Shown here piece by piece: positions 17,157 through 26,375 of a stretch of 64,000 nucleotides of DNA. Below the pieces are notes generated by a model. It searched no databases and was not told the origin of the DNA. It saw only the letters and a program-made list of their open reading frames with translations. The translations under genes and the position numbers were made by a program. Each line of letters starts with the position of its first letter. Within the stretch, counting starts at the first letter, position 1. This stretch comes from Bacteroidota bacterium. Lineage in GTDB: Bacteria > Bacteroidota > Ignavibacteria > UBA10030 > SZUA-254. Location: NCBI GenBank assembly GCA_033854175.1, contig JAWOKN010000056.1, forward strand, positions 3,736-67,735. Direction: 5' to 3'.

Positions 17157-17159
17157 AGT

Positions 17160-18533
17160 TCAGGAATGAACTGCCGTAGTTAGGGTTTTACCATGCATCC
17201 GGCGGCCGGAGGCCGATGGACACAAAATCTTCTGCTGGCACGCATCGCGTTCGAGCCCCTCCTGGAACTTCGGGTGGGCGATATCGATCAGGGCGCGTGC
17301 GCGCTCGCGGACCGTTCTGCCGTAGAGATCGGCAACGCCGAACTCCGTGACGACAAAATGGACATCGCCGCGTGTGGTGGTAACGCCCGCACCTTCGGAG
17401 AGCGTGGCGACAATGCGCGAGCACTCCCCGTCCCTGGCGGTGGAGGGGAGGGCGATGATCGGTTTTCCACCCTTACTCTTCGCGGCGCCGCGGATAAAAT
17501 CGAGCTGACCGCCGAAACCGCTATAGAACCTCCGTCCGATCGAGTCCGCGCAGACCTGGCCGGTATAATCGACCTCGATTGCCGAATTGATCGCGACCAT
17601 ATTATCGTTCTTGGCGATAATAAACGGATCGTTCACATAATGCGAAGGATGGAATTCGATGAGCGGATTATTGTCGATAAAATTGAACAGCGGCCGGGTC
17701 GCAAGGACGAACGAGGCGATCATTTTCCCCGGATGGAGGGATTTCCTCTCGTTGGTGATCACGCCGTCGTCGACAAGCTTCATGACGCCGTCGGCGAACA
17801 TCTCGGTATGCATGCCGAGGTGTTTCTTCCCGTGGAGGTAATGGAGGACCGCGTCGGGGATAGCGCCGATGCCGAGCTGGAGAGTGGATCCGTCCTCGAT
17901 CAGTTCCGAGATATTCTTCCCGATCTTCTCAAAGACCTCGAGTTCGTCCTTCGAGATTTCCTTATTGACCTGGGGCAGCTCCTTCAGGGGGACATCGGTT
18001 TCGATGCAGTAGGTAAACTTATCGACATGAATAAAGCAATCCCCCAGTGTGCGGGGCATATTGGGATTCACCTGGGCGATGATGACCTTGGCGACCTCGG
18101 TCGCCGGTTTCGTGCACTCGACGCCGACGCCGAAGCTGCAGAAGCCGTGTTCGTCGGGCGGGGAGACATGAACGAGCGCGACATCGATCGGCAGGATACC
18201 GCGGTAAAAGAGATGGGGGATTTCAGAAAGAAAGATCGGAGTAAAATCGGCCTTCCCCTCGTTCACCGCCTGGCGGACATTCTTCCCCATAAAGAGAGCG
18301 TTATGCCTTATGTGCCCTTCCATCTCCGGATCGGAGTAGCGCGATTTGCCGACAGTCAGGAGATGGATCACCTCGACATCCTCCAGTTCGAAGGCCCTGT
18401 CGCACATTGCATCGACAAGGACAGCCGGGACGGCGCATCCCGGGTGAACATAGACGCGCTGACCCGACCCGATGATACTGACGGCCTCCTGGGGAGTCCG
18501 TAATTTCGATTTATACCGATCGATCCACACCAT
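17160..18533 (-). CDS. Acetyl-CoA hydrolase/transferase family protein (4-hydroxybutyrate CoA-transferase-like)
   Basis: ATG 18533 follows the ald stop. MVWIDRYKSKLRTPQEAVSIIGSGQRVYVHPGCAVPAVLVDAM... with FGGQLDFIRGA is typical of Cat/AbfT-type CoA transferases. Confidence 0.85.
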   Translation of the reverse strand: MVWIDRYKSKLRTPQEAVSIIGSGQRVYVHPGCAVPAVLVDAMCDRAFELEDVEVIHLLTVGKSRYSDPEMEGHIRHNALFMGKNVRQAVNEGKADFTPIFLSEIPHLFYRGILPIDVALVHVSPPDEHGFCSFGVGVECTKPATEVAKVIIAQVNPNMPRTLGDCFIHVDKFTYCIETDVPLKELPQVNKEISKDELEVFEKIGKNISELIEDGSTLQLGIGAIPDAVLHYLHGKKHLGMHTEMFADGVMKLVDDGVITNERKSLHPGKMIASFVLATRPLFNFIDNNPLIEFHPSHYVNDPFIIAKNDNMVAINSAIEVDYTGQVCADSIGRRFYSGFGGQLDFIRGAAKSKGGKPIIALPSTARDGECSRIVATLSEGAGVTTTRGDVHFVVTEFGVADLYGRTVRERARALIDIAHPKFQEGLERDACQQKILCPSASGRRMHGKTLTTAVHS

Positions 18534-18541
18534 GCTGGTTA

Positions 18542-19660
18542 TCAGGATAAGAGTTTTGAAACTTCGCACGCATTGACTTCAAACCTCCGGGCGATCTCCC
18601 CGCGGGTACACATCCCCTTGAACGTACAGACGCCCTTTGCGAGGCCGGCATTTTCCTGGAGCGCGCCGTCGACGCCCTTCAGTGTAATAAGCTGAAGGTA
18701 AGGCAGAAGGGCGTTGGTCAATCCATAGGTAGCGGTACGGGCGACATTGGCCGGCATATTCGGGACGCAGTAATGAATCACGTCATGCCAGACATAGGTC
18801 GGGGATTCAAGCGTCGTGGGCCGGCTCGTGGCGCAGCAGCCCCCCTGATCGATCGAAGCATCGATAATAATCGAGCCCGGTTTCATGGAAGCGACCATAT
18901 CCTCGCTGATGACATGTGGTGCCCGTTCGGCCTTAATGAGAATCGCGCCGATGACCACATCGGCAAACTGGAGCGCCTTCCGCAAGTTATACTCATTGGC
19001 AACATAGGTCACGACGCGGTAATTGAACCTGTTCTCGAGAGCGCGGAGCTTATTAATATCCTTATCCAGGACGATGACCTCGGCACCTGTGCCGAGGGCC
19101 ATACGGGCGGCGGCCTGGCCCACGGTACCGGCCCCGATGATGACGACAGTAGCGGGCGGGATACCGGTAATACCGCCCATGACAATACCGCGGCCGTTAT
19201 TATGGCTCTCGAGGAACCGTGCGGCGATATTCAGCGTCATCTGGCCCGCGATTTCGCCCATAATCTGGGAAATCGGGACATTGCCGGATTCATCCTCGAT
19301 GAGTTCATACCCGAAGGCGCAGATCCTTTTCTGGAGAAGCTGTTCGAAGACCCTGGTCGGTGAAACGGCCAGATGGAGAAAGCAAAAGACCGACTGACCG
19401 TCGACAAGTTTCTGGCAATCGTTTTCCGTCAGGGAAGAAATTTTCAGGAGAAGGTTGGAGCGGCCGAACACCTCGTCGTTTGAATAGACGATATGAGCGC
19501 CCACCGCCTGGTATTTCTCATCTGAAAAGTGTGACGCCTCGCCGGCATTCTTCTGGATAAACACCTGGTGGCCGCCGCTGGCAAGCGTCTGGACGCCTGC
19601 CGGAGTCAGAGCCACTCTCCGCTCACGCCGCGGATCTTCACTCAAAATGCCAATGTTCAT
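18542..19660 (-). CDS. ald: Alanine dehydrogenase family protein
   Basis: MNIGILSEDPRRERRVALTPAGVQTLASGGHQVFIQKNAG... with the NAD fingerprint VVIIGAGTVGQAAA. The ORF-track start 19714 would lie inside the predicted promoter. Confidence 0.85.
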   Translation of the reverse strand: MNIGILSEDPRRERRVALTPAGVQTLASGGHQVFIQKNAGEASHFSDEKYQAVGAHIVYSNDEVFGRSNLLLKISSLTENDCQKLVDGQSVFCFLHLAVSPTRVFEQLLQKRICAFGYELIEDESGNVPISQIMGEIAGQMTLNIAARFLESHNNGRGIVMGGITGIPPATVVIIGAGTVGQAAARMALGTGAEVIVLDKDINKLRALENRFNYRVVTYVANEYNLRKALQFADVVIGAILIKAERAPHVISEDMVASMKPGSIIIDASIDQGGCCATSRPTTLESPTYVWHDVIHYCVPNMPANVARTATYGLTNALLPYLQLITLKGVDGALQENAGLAKGVCTFKGMCTRGEIARRFEVNACEVSKLLS

Positions 19661-19709
19661 GATCTTGAACGCCAATAAAATGATGAGTCCCAGTACCAGT
19701 TTGTGGGGC

Positions 19710-19725
19710 GTCAATTAACATGCCA
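19710..19725 (-). promoter_or_regulatory. Sigma54-like promoter (TGGCAT-N5-TTGAC) upstream of the ald-to-PLP-enzyme operon
   Basis: The minus strand reads TGGCAT-GTTAA-TTGAC. The predicted TSS is ~19699, 39 nt upstream of ald ATG 19660. The -12 has GA instead of GC. Confidence 0.4.
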
Positions 19726-20060
19726 GTTCTTTGAGGGTTTTAGGCTGGTTACAAATGAAATTTGAGGAAATGCGGGATTCAAGCTTTCAAGAGTGAGAAT
19801 CGCTCCTGACGGGGCTTTCAGCGGTGATAATCAAAAAACGGCATGAATCAGAAAGATCGGATATCACGCCGGAAGGGATGAAAGAAGGGGAAAAATCCGG
19901 ATACTGGACCTTGGGAAAATTTTCCCGGATGGAAACAAAACAGTGTCTTTCATCGTTTAAAAGTAACAAACCGAAGGATGAAATTTTCAACACCGGGTGT
20001 TTGGAAATGCATCAAAAAAAACAGTACATTGAAAAAATTCTGAACCAGGAGATCCACTAC

Positions 20061-20783
20061 ATGCACAGGGCAGACGCACCACGCACCATAGTCACGACAG
20101 CAATTCTCACACTCATCCTCCTCGTAACAGTGCCTGCGGCGGCACAACTGGGGAGTCCATACAGCATCAACATCTTCGCAGGCTTCTCGCTCCCGGTGGG
20201 AGACTATTCATCCACCTCCGCCAGCTCGGCAAATGATTTTCTCAACGCAAGCGGCAACACGCCCGGTTTCGCGCAACTGGGGTTCAACGGGGGGATAGAG
20301 TACACGCTCCGCATCCACTCGCCCTACGAGATAGGGATACTCGGCAGCGTCAGCGTCAACGGAACCGACGAGGGAGCATTGCGGCGGATATCCTCGGATG
20401 TCAGCTCGAACACCAGCGGCGGGACATGGTACCTTTACAGTGCCCTACTGAGCGGCGGTGTAGGGACCGATTTGACGCCCGAATTGGGCATCCACGGGAG
20501 GATCTACGCGGGATTCACGGGAGGAAGCTCGGCGGAATTCAGCTTCTACAATCTCAACGGGAGCGGCGGGTATGTGATCCAGAAATCGACCTGGGCATCC
20601 ACATTCGGATACGGCATAGGGACGGGGATAACATTGAGCAACTCCTGGGACATCAATCTCCGGTATCTGGCCTCGAATCCGGAATACACATCGAACTGGA
20701 CTGACGGGCGGCAGATCACCGACAAAAAATTCACGCAGCCATCCGGCATCCTGACACTCACGCTGGGATTGATTCTGAAATAG
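20061..20783 (+). CDS. Small outer-membrane beta-barrel (porin-family-like) protein
   Basis: ATG 20061 gives MHRADAPRTIVTTAILTLILLVTVPAAAQ, a signal peptide. The protein has G/S/Y-rich strands and ends ...GILTLTLGLILK. The ORF-track start 19824 is an upstream extension. Confidence 0.55.
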   Translation: MHRADAPRTIVTTAILTLILLVTVPAAAQLGSPYSINIFAGFSLPVGDYSSTSASSANDFLNASGNTPGFAQLGFNGGIEYTLRIHSPYEIGILGSVSVNGTDEGALRRISSDVSSNTSGGTWYLYSALLSGGVGTDLTPELGIHGRIYAGFTGGSSAEFSFYNLNGSGGYVIQKSTWASTFGYGIGTGITLSNSWDINLRYLASNPEYTSNWTDGRQITDKKFTQPSGILTLTLGLILK

Positions 20784-20844
20784 AGAGAAGGACACCCACC
20801 GCGTCTGACCTTCCCAAAACGCGGGGAAGGCGCCACACCTCATG

Positions 20845-23826
20845 TCAGGTCTTCCTGGCAGGTTTCAGTATCACGCCGGAATTCTTATGGCCGTTCATCT
20901 TCACCACAAGAGGATCCGGGAACTGCAGGTGCCGTGTAAACTTTTTCTCCTCGACGGCCGGCTGGGCGTGGATCCAATCCCAATCGATAAACCCCTTCCC
21001 GTCGTGCTCATTGACGGTAAAGTAACCGACCATAAAGGCGGTCAGGTTCTGGAAGAAATGCGACCCTTGAGAGGGGGCCACGATAAAATCCTTGAACCCC
21101 GTTTCGACGATCGTCTTCGCGCCGGAGATCTGGTCCCAGGCCACGGGGATGCCGAGCCATGGATCCAGCGTGCCCCATCGGCCCACGCCGATGAGAACAT
21201 ACTGACGGTTCTCCGCGACCAGGTGCGCATTAAACTCCCCCACTTCGCGGGCGACCTCATGGCTCTGCGAGCGGTCGAACCGGCGGATATCCACCACGAC
21301 AAGATCGCGCAAGTCCGCATACGATCCGTTCCCGAGCACCTGCGAGCTATGGCAGATCATCTCCTCCTGGCTGATCTTCTCGAGTGAGAGCTCATCGAAC
21401 TCCCGGCTCACGACGAGCGGGCGGATCTGGAGAATGCCGAACTGTTTCCGCACCTCGGGCGGCAGGGAGAGGTTCACGGCAAACTCCATCTCCACTGCGG
21501 TACCCATGCCGCCGCTCCCCAACGAAAGAAGGAGATCAAGAATTTCCGCAATAGGAAACAATTTATTCTTCAGAACCGGTGCAAACGTCACCAGGCGCAT
21601 CCCGTTACGGGAAATGCCGTCATAGACCGCATCATTCTCCGGCGAATAGGTCGAACCCACCACCGATAGGGTGCCATCGAGCTCCGAAACGCTCAGCGGG
21701 AAGCTCCGGGTGAGGACATCAAACGTCTCGGTCTTGGTATCGAACGAAGCGGACATATCGAGTGCAAAAAACTCGTGTTGGTTATTTGCCAGTGTATCGG
21801 AGATCGAGGAAAGCTGCTGGAGGTGGAGCGGATATTTCGGGCAGAACCTCACCGATGGCCCCCCGTCGACAACCATCTTGCCGAGACCAAGAGCAACCGA
21901 GACGATGCCGTCGGAGGAATTCTGCGGAGGCGAGGGATAAAAATTGTACGACTTTGCGACGCCGGAGATCTCGGGATAAAAACGGTCATGGTGGCGGGCC
22001 CCGATCATCTTCTGGATAATGACGGCCATCTTCTCCTCCTCCAGCCGGTAGGAGGTCGCCCTGATATAGTTCTTCGTCCGCTGGTAGAAGGTCGAGGCAT
22101 AGACGCGCCTGATGGCATCCAGGAGCTCCTCGAGCCTCGCGTGGTCGTTCGGATTGGAGTTCGGGACCATATAGGTCTCATAGACGCCGGCGAACGGCTG
22201 GTACTGGGAATCCTCCAAAAGGCTTGAGGAGCGGACCGCCAGGGGCTCGCGGATCAGGTCGAGGAACGTTTCAAGCTGGTGGCGGATATGCTGGGGGAAA
22301 TAGCCGGCATCGAGGAACTTCTGGGTAATCACCTTATCGTCGGTTTCCGAGAGGGCGATCTCGCGCAAGGAATTTTCGTCGAGAAACTGGTCGAAGACAT
22401 CGGTGCCGAGGACGACGCCTGCGGGGATAAAAATCTCCGTGCCGTCGAACTTCTCCCGCAGGTTGAAATCGTTGATCATCCGGTTAAAGAACCCGAGGCC
22501 GCGGGCCTTCCCGCCTATGGAGCCGCCGCCGATGCGGGCGAAGGAGGCAGCCGGGTCGAACGATTCCCGGTTATAATCGGTGATAAGGCCGCGCTGCTGT
22601 GAAAGCCTGTAGGTATGGAGTGCTGAAATGAGCGCCGACCGGAGTTCGTTCGTGGACGAAAAATCGGACACCTTCCTCGGGCGGAGCTGGTGGGCGAGCC
22701 AGAACTCCGTCCGGGCCTTCAGCCAGTTGGAGAAGTGATTCCGTTCGCCGTGGTAGAGGAGGCTTTCGGCCGGGACGACGAGGAGCTGTTCCTCGAGCGA
22801 CCGGAGGTCGGTGGCCCGGCCGACCTCGGTGCCGTCAGGTTTCCGGAAGACGAAATCGCCGAAGCTGAAATACTGGTTCATGAAATTCTGCACCTGGTGC
22901 AGCAGCAGCGGCGAATCCTTCACAACGAACGACACCCCGAGGTTTTCCGCCTTCCCGGCATTCTTCGCGATCGACGACTGGAGGAGGACCGGCATATCGG
23001 GGGCGATACCTCTTATATCATTTGTAAAATGGATGCCGGCTTCGGCGTCGGGCCTGCCATTGCGGAGGAAATCGACATCGGAGATGACACCGAGGATATG
23101 TTCCCGGTAGCGTTCGAAATACTCCCAGGCCTCCTCATAGCTCGTGCAGAGGAGAATTTTCGGGCGGGCCTTCATCCGGAGGTACCGGTGGGCGATATTG
23201 ACCCCCTCGGAGATAAGCCGCTGGGACTGTTTCAGAATCTCCGAATACATGAACGGAAGAAAGGAGGAATAAAACCGGATGTTGTCCTCGATGAGAAGGA
23301 TCGACTGGACGCCGAAGGTCATCGTGTCGTGTTCGACATTCTTCTTATCCTCGATCTGGTTGACCATGGCGATAATGAGGCGATAATCCCCCTGCCAGAT
23401 GAAGATGCGGTCAAAATCGGACGTATCGTGGCGGGAGATCAGGTCGGCGAGTTCGCGGTTATCGAACGCCAGAAGGACAATGGGTGTCGTAACGCCGCTT
23501 CGCCGGGCCTGCCGGGCGAATTCCAAGGGATGCATATCCTCGATATGCATCGTAGTCACGATCATGTCGAAGCGCCGCTCTTCTGTAACGAGGTCGATGG
23601 CGCCTTTTCCGCTCGAGACGCGCGTGAGTTCGGGTGAATGGGAGAGGTTGAGCCCCTGGTATTCGCTCCGGATCAGTTCATAAAGCCGTCCGTCCTCCTC
23701 GAAGATATACGAATCATAGAGGCTGGAGACGACAAGGATATCGCGGATCCGGAACTTCATGAGATTCTGAAATCCCTGGAAGCGGGTACTATCGGCCACT
23801 TCTAACGGGGGTTCATTATGCGGCAT
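20845..23826 (-). CDS. PEP/pyruvate-binding (PPDK_N ATP-grasp) domain protein with two N-terminal receiver-like domains
   Basis: The central region (GGKARGLGFFNRMIN...VRSSSLLEDSQYQPFAGVYETY) matches the nucleotide-binding domain of PEP synthase/PPDK. Two CheY-like domains sit at the N-terminus (DMIVTTMHIEDM; ILGVISDVDF). No phosphohistidine swivel motif was seen. Confidence 0.8.
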   Translation of the reverse strand: MPHNEPPLEVADSTRFQGFQNLMKFRIRDILVVSSLYDSYIFEEDGRLYELIRSEYQGLNLSHSPELTRVSSGKGAIDLVTEERRFDMIVTTMHIEDMHPLEFARQARRSGVTTPIVLLAFDNRELADLISRHDTSDFDRIFIWQGDYRLIIAMVNQIEDKKNVEHDTMTFGVQSILLIEDNIRFYSSFLPFMYSEILKQSQRLISEGVNIAHRYLRMKARPKILLCTSYEEAWEYFERYREHILGVISDVDFLRNGRPDAEAGIHFTNDIRGIAPDMPVLLQSSIAKNAGKAENLGVSFVVKDSPLLLHQVQNFMNQYFSFGDFVFRKPDGTEVGRATDLRSLEEQLLVVPAESLLYHGERNHFSNWLKARTEFWLAHQLRPRKVSDFSSTNELRSALISALHTYRLSQQRGLITDYNRESFDPAASFARIGGGSIGGKARGLGFFNRMINDFNLREKFDGTEIFIPAGVVLGTDVFDQFLDENSLREIALSETDDKVITQKFLDAGYFPQHIRHQLETFLDLIREPLAVRSSSLLEDSQYQPFAGVYETYMVPNSNPNDHARLEELLDAIRRVYASTFYQRTKNYIRATSYRLEEEKMAVIIQKMIGARHHDRFYPEISGVAKSYNFYPSPPQNSSDGIVSVALGLGKMVVDGGPSVRFCPKYPLHLQQLSSISDTLANNQHEFFALDMSASFDTKTETFDVLTRSFPLSVSELDGTLSVVGSTYSPENDAVYDGISRNGMRLVTFAPVLKNKLFPIAEILDLLLSLGSGGMGTAVEMEFAVNLSLPPEVRKQFGILQIRPLVVSREFDELSLEKISQEEMICHSSQVLGNGSYADLRDLVVVDIRRFDRSQSHEVAREVGEFNAHLVAENRQYVLIGVGRWGTLDPWLGIPVAWDQISGAKTIVETGFKDFIVAPSQGSHFFQNLTAFMVGYFTVNEHDGKGFIDWDWIHAQPAVEEKKFTRHLQFPDPLVVKMNGHKNSGVILKPARKT

Positions 23827-23936
23827 TGCAGAAACAGAGCATATTCAGACACGTGTGAATCAGGATTGATTCAATATACACGTTCGGCGGTAATAATTCC
23901 ATTAAGAAGGGGAGTACATAAAGCCGGGGCAGCGAG

Positions 23937-23973
23937 AAAAAAAATCGGAGCAACGTGTGAAACGTCACTCCGA
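23937..23973 (-). terminator. Rho-independent terminator of gdhA
   Basis: The minus strand reads TCGGAG-TG-ACGT-ttcac-ACGT-TG-CTCCGA followed by T8. Confidence 0.75.
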
Positions 23974-24002
23974 CTTTTAAACAGCTTCAGGGAACAGCGC
24001 GG

Positions 24003-25370
24003 CTAGACCAGGCCCTGATCCATCATAGCATCAGCGACCTTCAGGAAGCCGGCGATATTGGCACCGTTCACATAATTGCCCGGTGTGCCAAAGCGTTCGG
24101 CCGTCTCAAAGGCAGCCTTATGGATACTCTTCATGATGCCATGGAGGCGCTGATCGACCTCTTCGCGCGTCCAGGACAGGCGCATGCTGTTCTGGGACAT
24201 CTCCAGGCCGGATGTGGCAACACCGCCCGCATTGGCGGCCTTGCCCGGACCATAGAGGATCTTGGCATCGATGAACTGCTTCACGCCCTCGATCGTCGTC
24301 GGCATATTCGCGCCTTCGGCGACCACATAAACGCCGTTCTTCAGAAGATTCGCGGCATCCTTGCCGTTGATCTCATTCTGCGTGGCGCTGGGGAACGCGC
24401 AATCAGCCTTATGATTCCAGAGCGGGTTGTAATCGAGCTTCGGATCGACCGGAGTATAGGTGGAGCCTTTAAAGGCGTCGGTATATTCCTTGATCCTGCC
24501 GCGGCGAACATTCTTCAGGTCCATGATGAACTTCAGCTTCTTATCGTCGATACCTGCTTCATCGTAGATATAGCCTGCCGAATCCGACGCCGTGACGGCT
24601 TTTCCGCCGAGCTGGTTGATCTTCTGGATCGTATACTGCGCGACATTGCCGCTTCCGGAGACGAGGCATTTTTTACCCTGGAGGGTCTGCTTGCGCGTGG
24701 TGAGCATTTCCGCCGCGAAGTAGACCGCGCCGTAGCCCGTGGCCTCTGGCCGTATGAGGGAGCCGCCCCAGTTGAGGCCCTTGCCCGTAAGGACGCCGGT
24801 GAACTCGTTGCGGAGGCGTTTATACTGGCCGAACAGAAAACCTATCTCGCGGCCGCCGACGCCGATATCGCCTGCCGGAACATCGGTATCAGGGCCGATA
24901 TGGCGCTGCAGCTCGGTCATAAAGCTCTGGCAGAACCGCATGACCTCGGCATCGCTCTTGCCCTTGGGATCAAAATCGGAACCGCCCTTGCCGCCGCCCA
25001 TGGGAAGGGTGGTCAGGGAGTTTTTGAAAACCTGTTCGAACGCCAGAAACTTCAGGATGCCGAGATTCACCGATGGATGGAACCGCAGGCCGCCCTTATA
25101 CGGGCCGAGGGCGCTATTCATCTCGATACGGAAACCGCGGTTGACCTGGATCTCACCGCGATCATCCGACCAGGGAATGCGGAACATCAGAACGCGTTCC
25201 GGTTCGACGATACGTTCCATAATTTTCGCCGAACGATATTCCGGATACCGGTCGAAGACAAGCGACAACGACTCGACGACCTCCTCGACTGCCTGGAGGA
25301 ATTCCGGCTCGTTGGGATTTTTTGCTTTAACCATTGCCATGAGGTTCGCTGCATAACCTGACATGAACAT
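24003..25370 (-). CDS. gdhA: NADP-specific glutamate dehydrogenase
   Basis: NPNEPEFLQAVEEV, LPMGGGKGGSDFDPKGKS and GANMPTT. At 455 aa it is a typical hexameric GDH. Confidence 0.95.
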   Translation of the reverse strand: MFMSGYAANLMAMVKAKNPNEPEFLQAVEEVVESLSLVFDRYPEYRSAKIMERIVEPERVLMFRIPWSDDRGEIQVNRGFRIEMNSALGPYKGGLRFHPSVNLGILKFLAFEQVFKNSLTTLPMGGGKGGSDFDPKGKSDAEVMRFCQSFMTELQRHIGPDTDVPAGDIGVGGREIGFLFGQYKRLRNEFTGVLTGKGLNWGGSLIRPEATGYGAVYFAAEMLTTRKQTLQGKKCLVSGSGNVAQYTIQKINQLGGKAVTASDSAGYIYDEAGIDDKKLKFIMDLKNVRRGRIKEYTDAFKGSTYTPVDPKLDYNPLWNHKADCAFPSATQNEINGKDAANLLKNGVYVVAEGANMPTTIEGVKQFIDAKILYGPGKAANAGGVATSGLEMSQNSMRLSWTREEVDQRLHGIMKSIHKAAFETAERFGTPGNYVNGANIAGFLKVADAMMDQGLV

Positions 25371-25818
25371 AAACTTTCTCCTCTGTTGATGGTGAATTAA
25401 CTCTGTAATTTATTGCCGATGACAAACCCCCGACCAGAAAAACCGGAAAGACCTGATGAACTCCGGAACACACTTTCTCAACGGCAAGGTACAACCGATG
25501 ACGCGCAAATTCGATTCAACTTTTATGCCATGGGCCCCTTTGGAGGACTGATTTTAAACTTTACTTCCATGATACGGAATTTCCCCCACTCTCGAAAATG
25601 AGAAATCGGGGAAAGGCTCTTCTTATCTCTGAGAATGAAGATCAGGTGTAAATCCAACTATTGATGTATGTTATGTCAATGCCGGGCGACGGATACCCGC
25701 TACCCACTTCCCGGCGGGAAGACCGCTGAGAAGTCACCGGGAGCGTCAGAAGATCCGCGGTCATTTGACACTGGCATGATTTTAGACGTTTAATCCCGGA
25801 AACCGAAAAGGACCAGAC

Positions 25819-26253
25819 ATGGAAACGAAACAGGCAACCATTGTCCAGCTTCAGGGACTCACGCTGGCTGCGCGGGCAACGACAAATCACTGGATCATGA
25901 TGGACGGGGAGGAAAAGTTCGGTGGGAGCGACGCGGCCTCGACGCCCAAGGAACTGCTTTTGATGGCGCTCGGGGGATGCACGGCGATGGACGTCATATC
26001 GCTCATGAAAAAGATGCATGTCCCCTATACGGGATTCGAAATCCACCTGAGCGGCACGGCACGAGACGAACACCCGAAAATCTTCACCGGGATCCAAGTC
26101 GAATACATCGTCCGCGGGGAGAACATCCGGAAAGACGATGTCGGGCGGGCAATAGAGTTATCCATGACAAAATACTGCGCCGTTTCGGCCATGCTCGGTG
26201 CAAGCGTCAAGATCACGCATACATTGCGGATCGAACCCTCCAAGGAGCGGTAA
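25819..26253 (+). CDS. OsmC/Ohr family peroxiredoxin-like protein
   Basis: SPKELLLMALGGCTAMDV...MTKYCAVSAML carries the two conserved Cys. It is a paralogue of 47453..47917. Confidence 0.9.
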   Translation: METKQATIVQLQGLTLAARATTNHWIMMDGEEKFGGSDAASTPKELLLMALGGCTAMDVISLMKKMHVPYTGFEIHLSGTARDEHPKIFTGIQVEYIVRGENIRKDDVGRAIELSMTKYCAVSAMLGASVKITHTLRIEPSKER

Positions 26254-26305
26254 CATCCCTGGTGCAACTCTCCCGGGAAATTAGTATCTTCACCCCCGGA
26301 CTCGG

Positions 26306-26332
26306 GTGCTCCCCCCCGGGGTGGGGGGGCAC
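26306..26332 (+). terminator. GC-rich hairpin after osmC-like gene
   Basis: GTGC(T)CCCCCC-cggggt-GGGGGGGCAC forms a ~10-bp stem. There is no T-run, so its role as a terminator is uncertain. Confidence 0.35.
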
Positions 26333-26375
26333 AGGTGTACACTCGTGGTATAAATAATACCGGAGTCAAAAGTAC

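Noticed and set aside
19853-19861. Isolated operator half-site ATCGGATAT in the ald/OMP intergenic region.
   Set aside because: No matching second arm is present, and a single 9-mer is not significant.
25772-25787. TGGCAT-GATTT-TAGAC upstream of the first osmC gene, together with the recurring ACTGGCAT word (also at 28961 and 32558).
   Set aside because: There is no TTGC-like -12 element at the right spacing. The shared 8-11-mer may mean something, but I cannot support a promoter call.
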